A stretch of 32,226 nucleotides of DNA. It comes from Candidatus Micrarchaeota archaeon (GTDB lineage Archaea; Micrarchaeota; Micrarchaeia; Micrarchaeales; Micrarchaeaceae). This document shows positions 16,660-26,042 of the stretch, piece by piece; the first letter of the stretch is position 1, and every line of letters starts with the position of its first letter. The DNA lies in NCBI GenBank assembly GCA_027332905.1, contig DAHXGO010000001.1, positions 1 to 32,226 on the forward strand. Reading direction: 5' to 3'. A program made the position numbers and the translations under genes. The notes beneath the pieces were generated by a model. It was not told where the DNA came from and ran no database searches. It worked only from the letters and a program-made list of their open reading frames with translations.

Positions 16660-17751
16660 TTATTTGCCATGCTTATTATTCTTTGTATCGAAGACCTCAT
16701 CCAAGTCCAATTCCCTTATTTCTGCGATTCCTTTTTCTATGCCGCGCTCGCTATACTCCGGAAAGTCGACTCCGCTCACGACTATCATTATGCGAAGCGA
16801 TTCCTTTTGCATGCCTTCTTCTATGCGGGCGCCCCATTTAAGCATTGCATCGGGGCTTATTCTGCTCGCCACCTCCTGAAATACGGATTCGGCTTCTCGC
16901 AGCGTCAAGCTTTCGCCGCCTATTATGTTTATCAGCGCCTTCTTTGCATTGCTTAAGTCAACGTCGAGCATAGGGCTTTTTATGGCATTCTCCAATGCAA
17001 CTATTGCCCTGTTCTGCTCCATATTTGTAGCCATGCCTTCACCTGACCCTATGACGCCATAGCCTCCGTCCCTGAGTACCATCTTAAGATCTGCGAAGTC
17101 TATGTTGACCATGCCTGGCTTGGTCACCATTTCGACTATGCCCTTTGTGGCGCTGGCCAGGACTTCATCAGATACCCTGAATGCCATGTTCAGCGGAAGG
17201 TCTGGAGCTATGCTTAGCAATTTGTCATTATGTATTATTATTACAGTGTCAGCTACCTTCTTTAACCTAGAGAGCCCTTCAAGCGCATTCCTTACCCTTG
17301 TTTTTCCCTCGCTGGAAAAGGGCAGCGTAACTATAGCTATTGTGAGCGCACCAATTTCCTTCGCTTCGTGAGCGATCGTGCTTACCGAGCCAGTACCTGT
17401 ACCTCCGCCAAGGCCGCATGTCACAAATACCAGATTTGCATCGCCAAGCACGTGCTTTATCTCGTCCTTGCTTTCTATAGCGGCTTCTTCGCCGACCTTT
17501 ATGTCGCTGCCTGCGCCCAGGCCTTTGGTAATCTTTTTCCCAAGAAGCAGCTTGCGCTCAGCCGTAGTCTTTATTAGATGAGGTGCATCGGTATTCATCG
17601 CAACAAGGGTCGCGCCGTCTATGCCCAATGCTGCGAGCCTTGTAATTGTGTTGCTGCCGCTGCCTCCCGTGCCTACAACATATATTTTCGGCTTTGCACT
17701 CTCTATAAATCTTAGAATATCCTCGTCGTCGATGCTTGAAGAAACAACCAT
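16660..17751 (-). CDS. ftsZ: FtsZ (canonical-looking copy, FtsZ1-like)
   Basis: VVGTGGSGSNTITRL, GLGAGS, GLGGGTGTGS, VTLPFSSEGKTR (canonical PFxxEG), NIDFADL. Acidic C-terminal peptide ELDLDEVF. AATATAAAT TATA-like element and AAGGT lie upstream. Confidence 0.9.
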   Translation of the reverse strand: MVVSSSIDDEDILRFIESAKPKIYVVGTGGSGSNTITRLAALGIDGATLVAMNTDAPHLIKTTAERKLLLGKKITKGLGAGSDIKVGEEAAIESKDEIKHVLGDANLVFVTCGLGGGTGTGSVSTIAHEAKEIGALTIAIVTLPFSSEGKTRVRNALEGLSRLKKVADTVIIIHNDKLLSIAPDLPLNMAFRVSDEVLASATKGIVEMVTKPGMVNIDFADLKMVLRDGGYGVIGSGEGMATNMEQNRAIVALENAIKSPMLDVDLSNAKKALINIIGGESLTLREAESVFQEVASRISPDAMLKWGARIEEGMQKESLRIMIVVSGVDFPEYSERGIEKGIAEIRELDLDEVFDTKNNKHGK

Positions 17752-17820
17752 AAAATTACCTTTTTCGATGTCGCCTGATTTATATTCCTTAAAAAAATCT
17801 AAAAAGATTGGTGAATTTAA

Positions 17821-18438
17821 TCAGTACGTTGATTTCTGCATTACCTGCTTTTCGCCAATGGCAGATACGCTTTCGTTTTCCTTAAGATCGCGCAACATGC
17901 TGAAAATAGATCCTTTTCCTGTTCGCGTGCTGATAGGCATCCGAAGCTCTACTGCATATGGAATGCGCCAAACGTCATTACATATATCGTGGTACGTGTA
18001 TCCATATCTGCTGAGCTCTATCTTCAGCTTATCCGGCTTTTTGGGGCGTTTGTCTGTCACCAATATAGTATAATATGGATCGCTTTTGCTGGAAGACATG
18101 AATGCTTCCATTTTTTTAAGAAATTTTTCATCTATGAAGGCACTGCCATGCGTTTCTATGAGTATCTGGGAATTTTCATGCTGCATGCCAAGCACAAAAT
18201 CAGGGGTATACGTTATTGCCTTATCGCCCAGAGTCAAATAAAACTTCGTTTCCTCGTACGTGTAGGGTATATTTAGGATATATAGTGCAACCCCCATGGA
18301 CGCTTCAAAATTAGATTTGAACCTGTAGCCGTATTCTTCCCCTATTGTTCTGCGGAGTATTTGCTCGTACCTGAGGCACTCCGTCGGTGCAGGCATTAAT
18401 AGCATTTGCATAATAAGGCATTTAACCTTATCTATCAT
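17821..18438 (-). CDS. Hypothetical protein with a PD-(D/E)xK nuclease-like core (DUF559/Vsr-like pattern)
   Basis: ...AITYTPDFVLGMQHENSQILIETHGSAF... resembles the (Y)xxDF...(I/V)E(V/I)DG core of Vsr/DUF559-type endonuclease folds, with a candidate upstream Glu (PTECLRYEQIL). The first ATG is at 18438; the track start at 18453 is TTG. Confidence 0.4.
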   Translation of the reverse strand: MIDKVKCLIMQMLLMPAPTECLRYEQILRRTIGEEYGYRFKSNFEASMGVALYILNIPYTYEETKFYLTLGDKAITYTPDFVLGMQHENSQILIETHGSAFIDEKFLKKMEAFMSSSKSDPYYTILVTDKRPKKPDKLKIELSRYGYTYHDICNDVWRIPYAVELRMPISTRTGKGSIFSMLRDLKENESVSAIGEKQVMQKSTY

Positions 18439-18517
18439 TTTGTATATTTGCAATGTATTTAATGTGTAGTGCTGCTAAAATGTTTATGGGTCTTAAAATC
18501 AATGCTTAGGTGATCAA

Positions 18518-19474
18518 ATGAATAAAAAGGATACGAAGAATGGCCTTCTGAAATACGACGTTAGGGACATAAAGCTAAAGAACAATATGTCTGTGCCTGA
18601 ACTGATAGACGCCATGGATGATATCGGCGGATTCTCGGCTCAGCACATGGTTGACGGCATAAAGATAATAGGCAGGATGACAAAGGATAAAAAGTCCTTT
18701 AACTTCCTTTCATTCCCCGCGGACATAGTTTCTACCGGAACACGCGGCGTTCTTGCTGGCGCAGTAAAGCATTTCAATGCAATAATCACCACGGGAGGCA
18801 CGCTTGACCACGATATTGCGCGGGCTTTCGGCGGCAAGTATTCGGTCGGATCGTTCAAGGCCGATGACGCGAAACTGCATTCGCTGGGAATTTATAGGCT
18901 CGGCAACGTCTTCATAGAAAATAAGGAGTATGGATTGATGGTCGAGAATGCATTCAACGACATAATGAATGATATATACACGTCGAAAGATTACAAAAAG
19001 GAGTATAGCCCAAGCGAACTCATATACGAATTCGGAAAACGCATCAAGGATCCAAATTCAATCTTAAGGCAGGCATATCTGCACAACGTTAAGATATTCA
19101 ATCCGGGCATAGTTGATGGCGCATTCGGCACACAGCTGAGCATATTTTCGCAGGATCATGACTTCAAGCTAAATGTGCTAAGGGACGAGCTTGAACTGAG
19201 CAACATTGCATTCGACAACAAGACAACGGGAGCGCTCATGATAGGAGGGGGCATAAGCAAACACCACGTAATATGGTGGAACCAGTTCAAGGGAGGGCTG
19301 GACTACGCTGTCTATATAACCACGGCGACGCAATATGACGGAAGCCTTTCTGGAGCAAGGCTCACAGAAGCAGTTTCGTGGGGCAAGATAAAGGAGGATG
19401 CGAAGTATGTCACCATAGACGGAGATGCGACAATAATACTGCCGATAATGTTTGCCGCGCTAAACCTGTTTTGA
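18518..19474 (+). CDS. dys: Deoxyhypusine synthase
   Basis: IITTGGTLDHDIARAFG and MIGGGISKHHVIW motifs, 318 aa. A perfect AGGTGATC SD lies at 18508-18515. Confidence 0.9.
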   Translation: MNKKDTKNGLLKYDVRDIKLKNNMSVPELIDAMDDIGGFSAQHMVDGIKIIGRMTKDKKSFNFLSFPADIVSTGTRGVLAGAVKHFNAIITTGGTLDHDIARAFGGKYSVGSFKADDAKLHSLGIYRLGNVFIENKEYGLMVENAFNDIMNDIYTSKDYKKEYSPSELIYEFGKRIKDPNSILRQAYLHNVKIFNPGIVDGAFGTQLSIFSQDHDFKLNVLRDELELSNIAFDNKTTGALMIGGGISKHHVIWWNQFKGGLDYAVYITTATQYDGSLSGARLTEAVSWGKIKEDAKYVTIDGDATIILPIMFAALNLF

Positions 19475-19492
19475 TATTCGCGCATTCGGGGC

Positions 19493-20746
19493 TTAAAGCT
19501 TTATTGCGTCCCCGACTTTCGGAGCATATGCATCGAAGCCCTCAGCCCTGAGTTCTGATGCGAACCCGGTAGTGTTTTCCTCGCTTCCATGTACGCATAT
19601 GACCACATTCGGCGCGCTTTCCCTTACATATCTGTAGAGGTCGCTCTTCCCGCAATGCGCTGAAAAATCGTAGGTGCTGACAGGCGTTTTTATTGACTTG
19701 AATGCATTGCGTATTTTTATCTTTCCGCCGTCGAGAAGCATGCGACAGTTGGTGCCCTCCACCTGATATCCTGTTAGGAATATCTTCGAATCCTTATTAA
19801 GCCTGGTTATGTAGTCCAGCACGGGACCGCCACTGAGCATGCCGGCAGTAGTGAGTATTACAGATGGCTGCCCCATAGCCTCTTCGCGCATGTCCATGGC
19901 ATCTATGAAATTGGCTTTTTCTACTGCCTCTGCAAGCAGATCATAGTTGTCTATATAATCCGGAAATTCTAGGGCGATCTTCGTAGCTGCGCGAGCCATT
20001 CCGTCCACATATGTCGACTCTGCAAGTCCATTCTTGTGCAGCAACGCAAGTATCTCTTGGCTCCTTCCAACTGCGAATACAGGAATGAGCGCAGTGCCTT
20101 TGCTTTCGAGCACCGTCTTTACATCTTCTATGAAGCTCTTTGCGAGCTCGTCCCTGTTTGGATGGTCGCTGTTCGCGTATGTCGATTCTGTTATAAGCAC
20201 GTCGCTCTTCACAATCTCTGCGCCCTTGTGCAGCAGCTGGCTATCCATCTTGTAATCCCCAGTATAGACTATGCGCTTGTAGTCCTTTGATGTAGGATTT
20301 TCTATCAGCGTTATTGCACTGCCGCTGATGTGCCCGGCATCATAGAGTGAGATGTCGAACTTGCCGAAATGCTCCACCTCGCGGTATTCCATCGATTGGT
20401 AATGCTTCATGAAATCCTTGTACTGCTTCCTATGAAAATTTATTTCAGCATGCTGATCCCTGGCGATCTTAAGCGTATCCTCAAGCAGCAGCATTGTCGT
20501 CTTTTTGGTTGGCTCTGTCCCAAATATGGGCACCGTGAGCTTGTTGTATATCGACGGGGAATCGCCGCTGTGGTCAAGATGCGCATGGCTAAGCACCATC
20601 GCGTCTATGTCAGGCAGGCCTATCGGAAACTCGTGTTTCTTGTCCTCTACTTTCATCCCGTAATCGAGCATTATCCTGCGCCCATCCTCCACCATTATGG
20701 ATGAGCGTCCGACCTCCTGCGCGCCGCCAAAGAATTTAAATTGCAT
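19493..20746 (-). CDS. Beta-CASP metallo-beta-lactamase ribonuclease (aCPSF2 type, no KH domains)
   Basis: MBL motif SHAHLDHSG. Beta-CASP motifs ITESTYA (A), FSAHCGKSDL (B) and CVHGSEEN (C). 417 aa. Confidence 0.85.
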   Translation of the reverse strand: MQFKFFGGAQEVGRSSIMVEDGRRIMLDYGMKVEDKKHEFPIGLPDIDAMVLSHAHLDHSGDSPSIYNKLTVPIFGTEPTKKTTMLLLEDTLKIARDQHAEINFHRKQYKDFMKHYQSMEYREVEHFGKFDISLYDAGHISGSAITLIENPTSKDYKRIVYTGDYKMDSQLLHKGAEIVKSDVLITESTYANSDHPNRDELAKSFIEDVKTVLESKGTALIPVFAVGRSQEILALLHKNGLAESTYVDGMARAATKIALEFPDYIDNYDLLAEAVEKANFIDAMDMREEAMGQPSVILTTAGMLSGGPVLDYITRLNKDSKIFLTGYQVEGTNCRMLLDGGKIKIRNAFKSIKTPVSTYDFSAHCGKSDLYRYVRESAPNVVICVHGSEENTTGFASELRAEGFDAYAPKVGDAIKL

Positions 20747-20863
20747 GGTATATACCGATTATAAAACAACTCCTGAAAAGAAGTCATAGTTGATTATTTA
20801 AAGAAATTATATAAATATTCTTATCCTATATTGCTGTGTTGTTACTTTTTAGAGAATGATATA

Positions 20864-21742
20864 ATGGCGGATGAAATAAATTTTATGGATTTAATGGCGC
20901 TGAAGAAGTTGTCCCCTGATTCGGTTGTGGAGAAATTTGGGGGTTTGGTAAATTCGTCCTTCTTTGATGCTTCAAACATGCTAGGATCGTTGAAGATAAA
21001 GGGGCTCGTCGACTTTACGACCGCCGTGCCTGGGCAAAACCACATTGAGATAACGGATATAGGAAAGCAATTGCTTAACGATGCTGAGGCCAAAGCGGCG
21101 CTCCCGTTCGATCAACTCGATCTTGAGATACTAAAAAACCTTTCTGGCGGAAAGAGGAGCATGAATGATATAACTTCTGCGCTCAATATAAGGCCAAAGG
21201 ATCTTGCCATGCATATAAACAAGCTATCCGTAAACCAATTCATGAATGCGGAATTTAGAAACGGCAATATTGACTTAATGCTTACCGAAAAGGGGTTCAT
21301 GCAGGCCAAGGAAGGAATGCCGCGTATGCCAGCGGAACAGCATGCAGCGAATGCGAATGCCACACAAGCGCAAGGCATTGCAGGTGCAGGCAGCAATGAT
21401 ATCATGAACAAGCCGCAAAGCGAACCTATGATCCCGGATGCCGGCGCAACTGGCACACATGCCGGCGAAGCAGGGGCAGTACACGCATATCAGCAGCATG
21501 CTGCATCGCAAAGTACAGCAGGGCAGGCGCACACGGATGAAAAACAGGCGGCGCCACAGCAGGCAACTGCAGAAAGAGCGCAGGCGCCAGGCAAGCCAGA
21601 CATGCAGGAGATAAAGGACATACAAAACCAGCTTTCCTCCAAAAACAGGAAATCGCATAGGGTATGGTATGCAATTATAATCATATTTGCAATCATCTTG
21701 ATAATAGCTTTGCTCGATAAATTCGGCATAATCAAGATTTGA
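20864..21742 (+). CDS. Tail-anchored protein with two winged-helix-like modules and a long Ala/Gln/His-rich linker
   Basis: MADEINFMDL.... The second module, LEILKNLSGGKRSMNDITSALNIRPKDLAMHINKLS..., looks like wHTH. A ~110-aa low-complexity GC-rich linker follows. The single C-terminal TM is VWYAIIIIFAIILIIALL. Confidence 0.6.
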   Translation: MADEINFMDLMALKKLSPDSVVEKFGGLVNSSFFDASNMLGSLKIKGLVDFTTAVPGQNHIEITDIGKQLLNDAEAKAALPFDQLDLEILKNLSGGKRSMNDITSALNIRPKDLAMHINKLSVNQFMNAEFRNGNIDLMLTEKGFMQAKEGMPRMPAEQHAANANATQAQGIAGAGSNDIMNKPQSEPMIPDAGATGTHAGEAGAVHAYQQHAASQSTAGQAHTDEKQAAPQQATAERAQAPGKPDMQEIKDIQNQLSSKNRKSHRVWYAIIIIFAIILIIALLDKFGIIKI

Positions 21743-21757
21743 TTCAGTGGCGATATT

Positions 21758-22375
21758 GTGGAGCTAATAGACTACATGGAAGCGTACAATATGCTTAAAA
21801 GGAACGGCATACGCGCTATAGATGCTAGATATGTGAGGAACGCAGACGAGGCAATAGGATTTTCCAAGGGAGAACCCATTGTGCTCAAGGTCATATCGCA
21901 GAAGGCCATGCATAAGACTAAGAGCGGGCTTGTAGCGCTAGGGCTTGAAAAGCCTGAAGAGATAAGGTCTTCTTTTTCAGATCTTTATAAGAAGGCGCAG
22001 AAGATAACGCCATACAAAATACTTGCACAGAAAATGGTCAAAAACGGCATAGAGATAATAGTTGGCGGAAAGACAGACAAGCAGTTCGGAAAATTTGTGC
22101 TGCTCGGTTTGGGCGGCATATATGTAGAGACGTTCAAGGACTTTGCAATGAGATCATGCCCTATAAACGGATACGATGCCAGTTCGATGGTAGAACAGCT
22201 TAGGTCTAAAAGGATAATCGCACCGGATGAAAAATCAGAGAGGCTTCTGGCAGATCTGCTCCTAAAAGTTTCAAAATTCTTCGTGTCTGAAAGATCAATA
22301 ACAGAGCTGGACTTGAATCCAGTAATATTGCATGACAATACATACAGCGCAGTAGACCTTAGGCTTATCAGATGA
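21758..22375 (+). CDS. acdB: Acetyl-CoA synthetase (ADP-forming), beta subunit (ATP-grasp)
   Basis: EAYNMLKRNGI...PIVLKVISQKAMHKTKSGLVALGL...IIVGGKTDKQFGKFVLLGLGGIYVE...ELDLNPV. GTG at 21758 or ATG at 21776. Confidence 0.8.
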   Translation: MELIDYMEAYNMLKRNGIRAIDARYVRNADEAIGFSKGEPIVLKVISQKAMHKTKSGLVALGLEKPEEIRSSFSDLYKKAQKITPYKILAQKMVKNGIEIIVGGKTDKQFGKFVLLGLGGIYVETFKDFAMRSCPINGYDASSMVEQLRSKRIIAPDEKSERLLADLLLKVSKFFVSERSITELDLNPVILHDNTYSAVDLRLIR

Positions 22376-22379
22376 TTGC

Positions 22380-23801
22380 ATGGCAAGACCGAAATATATG
22401 AATCTCGAACGCATGATGCACCCGAAGAGCGTAGCAATTATAGGAGCCTCATCAAACCCCGATAAGGTCGGCCACATAATACTGCAGAATTATATTGATG
22501 CCGGTTTTCCAGGGAAACTTTACCCGATTAACATAAATGCAGAGGGCAATATCTTAGGGCTTAAATCATACAAGAGGATAAATAATGTAAAGGAAGCAGT
22601 CGATCTTGCGGTCATAGCAGTTCCGGCGGCAACGGTGCCGTCCATACTTGAGGAATGCGGCAAGGCAAATGTTAAAAGTGCGGTCGTAGTAAGCGGCGGA
22701 TTCGCAGAGGTGGGCGAGACCCATTTGGAGGATAGGCTTGCAGACGTGGCTAAAAAATATTCGATGCCGGTGCTTGGGCCAAATTGCTTAGGCGTAATGG
22801 ACCCCCGCGCTAGGATAGACACACTTTTCCTGCCGACATTCAAGCTGGACAAGCCAAGCATAGGCGGAGTAAGCTTTGTATCGCAGAGCGGTGCAGTTGG
22901 CAGCACGATACTGGACCTGATATCGCACGAGGGATTCGGGCTGGCGCGCTTTATATCGTACGGCAATGCAACGGTAATAGACGAAGTAGACATACTGAAT
23001 TATCTCGCAGATGACAATGACACTAAGGTCATAATATTCTATTTGGAAGGAGCCAAGAGAGGAAAGGATTTTATAGAGATTGCAAAAAAGACTACGCTAA
23101 AGAAACCTGTCGTTATAATCAAGGGTGGAAAAACAGAGGAGGGCGCCAAAGCGGCGCAATCCCATACAGCATCGCTTGCTGGAAGCTATCAGACATACGA
23201 GGCAATATTCAGGCAGTTCGGATTTACAATTGCAAACGACCTTGACGAGCTGCTCTTTTTCGGAAAGATATTTGAGACACAGCCTTTGTGCAAGGGCAAT
23301 CGCATTGCCATAATAACCAACGGGGGAGGGACTGGAGTCTTGGCGACAGACGGCTTATATGAAAACGGGTTGCAGGTAGCCAAGCTATCTGACCAGTCCA
23401 ACACAGCATTGAGGAAAGCCATGCCGCCCATAGTCAACATAAGGCTGCCTATGGATATGGCTGGCGATGCCGATGACAAAAGATTTGGCGCAGCATTGGA
23501 TATAATATCTAATGACCCTGGCGTGGACGCAATAATGGCCATAGCCCTGTTCCAAACACCTGGCGCGGATTCGCGCGTAGCGGCTTCGCTGATACATTAT
23601 GGCACGTCTATGAAAAAACCCATGGTAGTAGTTAGCCCAGGTGGCAGTTATACAGAGGTGCATAAACGAATGATGGAGAGCTCCGGGGTACCGGTATACG
23701 ATTCTCCTGAAACTGCGGCAAAGGCGCTCAAAGCGCTCATTGATTATTCAAATTATATCGATAATGCAAAGAGGCTCTATGGAGGCAAAGCGCACAAATA
23801 G
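22380..23801 (+). CDS. acdA: Acetyl-CoA synthetase (ADP-forming), alpha subunit (CoA-binding and ligase domains)
   Basis: PKSVAIIGASSNPDKVGHIIL...GPNCLGV...AAQSHTASLAGS contains the phospho-His loop. It starts 5 nt after the acdB stop. Confidence 0.85.
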   Translation: MARPKYMNLERMMHPKSVAIIGASSNPDKVGHIILQNYIDAGFPGKLYPININAEGNILGLKSYKRINNVKEAVDLAVIAVPAATVPSILEECGKANVKSAVVVSGGFAEVGETHLEDRLADVAKKYSMPVLGPNCLGVMDPRARIDTLFLPTFKLDKPSIGGVSFVSQSGAVGSTILDLISHEGFGLARFISYGNATVIDEVDILNYLADDNDTKVIIFYLEGAKRGKDFIEIAKKTTLKKPVVIIKGGKTEEGAKAAQSHTASLAGSYQTYEAIFRQFGFTIANDLDELLFFGKIFETQPLCKGNRIAIITNGGGTGVLATDGLYENGLQVAKLSDQSNTALRKAMPPIVNIRLPMDMAGDADDKRFGAALDIISNDPGVDAIMAIALFQTPGADSRVAASLIHYGTSMKKPMVVVSPGGSYTEVHKRMMESSGVPVYDSPETAAKALKALIDYSNYIDNAKRLYGGKAHK

Positions 23802-24045
23802 GGCGCGGGTAGCCTTGCAGCTGCTATGCCGCTATTGTATTCCCAACGCCATATCGCTATTGCGCCTCGGAAAAAATAATAATTTGATATCATGTCAAAA
23901 GTCCATTTTTGCCAATTGCCACTGAATTACAGAAAGAGTTAAATATTTTTAACTTTTAACATTAGACTTAAATAGATTTCTACCTATTTTCTAAGTGAAT
24001 CTGCAATAGTAGACATTTAGAGGTATTTATCAATAGAGGGATTGA

Positions 24046-24456
24046 ATGGCTAATGTATATGATGTTAAGGCAGCAGACCTAGTCCAAAAGGCTGCAGGCA
24101 TGCTAAAGGAAAAGATAAAGAAACCGGAATATGTGGATTTTGTCAAATCAGGCGCAGGCAAGGAAAGACCTCCGGAAGACCCGGACTTCTGGTATGTCAG
24201 GAGCGCATCGATATTGAGGCAGGTTTACCTGAATGGGCCGATAGGCGTATCAAAGCTTAGGATAAGGTATGGAAACAGAAAGGCACATACAGTGCATAGG
24301 AAACATATGGTGCCAGCGGGTGGCAGCATAATAAGGAACTCGTTCAAGCAGCTCGAAGAGGCCAAGCTGATTAAGAGGACACCTTCCGGAAGAGTTATAA
24401 CACCGGCGGGCAAGGCATTCTTAGATAAGATTTCAAAGGAAATTGTAGGGAACTGA
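24046..24456 (+). CDS. rps19e: 30S ribosomal protein S19e (eS19)
   Basis: VYDVKAADLVQKAAGMLKE...PEDPDFWYVRSASILRQVYLNGPIGVSKLRIRYG follows the S19e pattern. Confidence 0.9.
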   Translation: MANVYDVKAADLVQKAAGMLKEKIKKPEYVDFVKSGAGKERPPEDPDFWYVRSASILRQVYLNGPIGVSKLRIRYGNRKAHTVHRKHMVPAGGSIIRNSFKQLEEAKLIKRTPSGRVITPAGKAFLDKISKEIVGN

Positions 24457-24485
24457 CCTTATGGCAGGTTATAGGTGATCGCATT

Positions 24486-24803
24486 ATGGCAGATCCACAG
24501 GCGCAGCAGAATCCAGAAAACGACAGGGAGATGCAAAAGGCAATCTCAAGGATGTACAAGCAGGCACAGCAAGAGCAGCAGATCAAAGCCCTGATGAGGC
24601 AGATACTTGATGCCCAGGCATATGAAAGAATGATGAATATAAAGGCTTCAAACAGCGAGCTTTACATGCAGCTGGCACAGGTCATGATATCGCTCGTGCA
24701 ATCGAGGCAGGTAAATGGCCTGATAAACGAGCAGCAGTTCCTGTCCATATTAAGGAAGGTAATGCCAAGGCACGAACCGAAGGTTGAATTCAAACATAAA
24801 TAA
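24486..24803 (+). CDS. PDCD5/TFAR19-like dsDNA-binding protein (COG2118 type)
   Basis: QQEQQIKALMRQILDAQAYERMMNIKASNSELYMQLAQVMISLVQSRQVNGLINEQQFLSILRKV. The position after S19e matches the conserved archaeal cluster. Confidence 0.75.
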   Translation: MADPQAQQNPENDREMQKAISRMYKQAQQEQQIKALMRQILDAQAYERMMNIKASNSELYMQLAQVMISLVQSRQVNGLINEQQFLSILRKVMPRHEPKVEFKHK

Positions 24804-24811
24804 GTGATGAT

Positions 24812-24976
24812 ATGTCTAAAAAAGATTTGACAAAAAAAAGAAGGTTGGGAAAACAGATTAAAAGGGCGCGAAGGATTCCGCTGCTCGCTACGCTCAGGAC
24901 ACACAGGAGCATACAATTCAACATGTTTAATAGGGACTGGAGGAAGACCAAACTCAGGTCTAAAATGAAGGTGTAA
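24812..24976 (+). CDS. rpl39e: 50S ribosomal protein L39e (eL39)
   Basis: 54-aa ORF below the track cutoff: MSKKDLTKKRRLGKQIKRARRIPLLATLRTHRSIQFNMFNRDWRKTKLRSKMKV. It matches the L39e pattern (...R+.P.w...+T.R......+R+WRRTKL). It lies between PDCD5-like and L31e as expected. Confidence 0.85.
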   Translation: MSKKDLTKKRRLGKQIKRARRIPLLATLRTHRSIQFNMFNRDWRKTKLRSKMKV

Positions 24977-24978
24977 TT

Positions 24979-25338
24979 ATGGCAAATAGGATACTTACTA
25001 TAAATCTCAGGAGATATTTAGTCACGCAGCCGAGAAACAAGAGGCAGAAGAAGGCCACGCGCTACGTGCGGGAGAGAATAGCACACTATACGAAGGTGCC
25101 TGAGGAGAATGTCAAACTAGATATGTCACTGAATTCCCTGATAGTAAAGAAGCATGCAAAGAGCATGATGCCGCTGAAGCTCGATATAAGCATTGAAGGC
25201 GGCAAAGCAACGGCTATGCCTTTTGCAGAGAAAAAGGTTGCAGCAGACAACAGCGTGGCAAAGCCCGCCGCTGCGAAAAAGTCAGGCGCGAAGAAGGATA
25301 AATCAGATAGGGGATCCGACCGCGCAGAAAAAAAATAA
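24979..25338 (+). CDS. rpl31e: 50S ribosomal protein L31e (eL31)
   Basis: ILTINLRRYLVTQPRNKRQKKATRYVRERIAHYTKVPEENVKLDMSLNSLIVKKH. It has an Ala/Lys-rich C-terminal extension. Confidence 0.9.
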   Translation: MANRILTINLRRYLVTQPRNKRQKKATRYVRERIAHYTKVPEENVKLDMSLNSLIVKKHAKSMMPLKLDISIEGGKATAMPFAEKKVAADNSVAKPAAAKKSGAKKDKSDRGSDRAEKK

Positions 25339-25361
25339 TTTTAAATTTTATGGTAATATGA

Positions 25362-26033
25362 ATGGGCGTTGCCAAATATGCGATCAATGGCAGCAGCTTC
25401 GTTGGCGCATTCGTATCAATAACCGAGGATTACGCCTTTACCGGGAGGAACCTTACCAATGGAAGCAAAGCAGTATTGGACGAGGTGTTTGGCGCCAAGC
25501 GCATCGAATTTTCTGTGATGGGGTTTGATATGATAGGCGTATTCGCGCGCGCGAACCGCAATGGCATAATATTCTCAAACATGATAGAAGATGACGAATT
25601 GAAGACCTTCAAAGGATTCGGGCTTGAAGTTAACGTAAGCGTACTGGAAAGCGACCTGAACGCCATAGGGAACAACATACTTGCAAATGACAAGATAGCG
25701 CTTGTAAACCCGGAATACAGCAAGAAAGAGATAAATAGCATAGCTGAGACATTAGGTGTTGAGACAATCCCCATAAGCATAGGCGGGTTCAAGACCGTAG
25801 GGGCAAATAACCTGCTCACCAACAAAGGCATGGTAATAAACAACAGGTGCACAGAAGAGGAAAAAGAAAGGATAGATAACATGACAAGATTTGAATCTTC
25901 GACAACCACCGCGAACTTAGGTTCGGTCAACGTCGGGCTGGCAGCGGTTGCCAACTCAAAAGGGCTCGTGGTGGGCGATGAGACCACAGGGTTTGAACTG
26001 GCTAGAATGATGGATGCATTGGATATTAAATAG
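25362..26033 (+). CDS. eif6: Translation initiation factor 6 (aIF6)
   Basis: 223 aa with the repeated pentein-like pattern: INGSSFVGAFVSITEDYAF, IGVFARANRNGIIFSN, IGNNILANDKIALVNP, VGANNLLTNKGMVINN, VGLAAVANSKGLVVG. Confidence 0.9.
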   Translation: MGVAKYAINGSSFVGAFVSITEDYAFTGRNLTNGSKAVLDEVFGAKRIEFSVMGFDMIGVFARANRNGIIFSNMIEDDELKTFKGFGLEVNVSVLESDLNAIGNNILANDKIALVNPEYSKKEINSIAETLGVETIPISIGGFKTVGANNLLTNKGMVINNRCTEEEKERIDNMTRFESSTTTANLGSVNVGLAAVANSKGLVVGDETTGFELARMMDALDIK

Positions 26034-26042
26034 GTGTTTTGA

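Noticed and set aside
21112-21735. Four overlapping minus-strand ORFs (81-127 aa, Cys/Ala/Leu-rich).
   Set aside because: They are artefacts of the GC-rich Ala/Gln low-complexity linker of the plus-strand tail-anchored protein.
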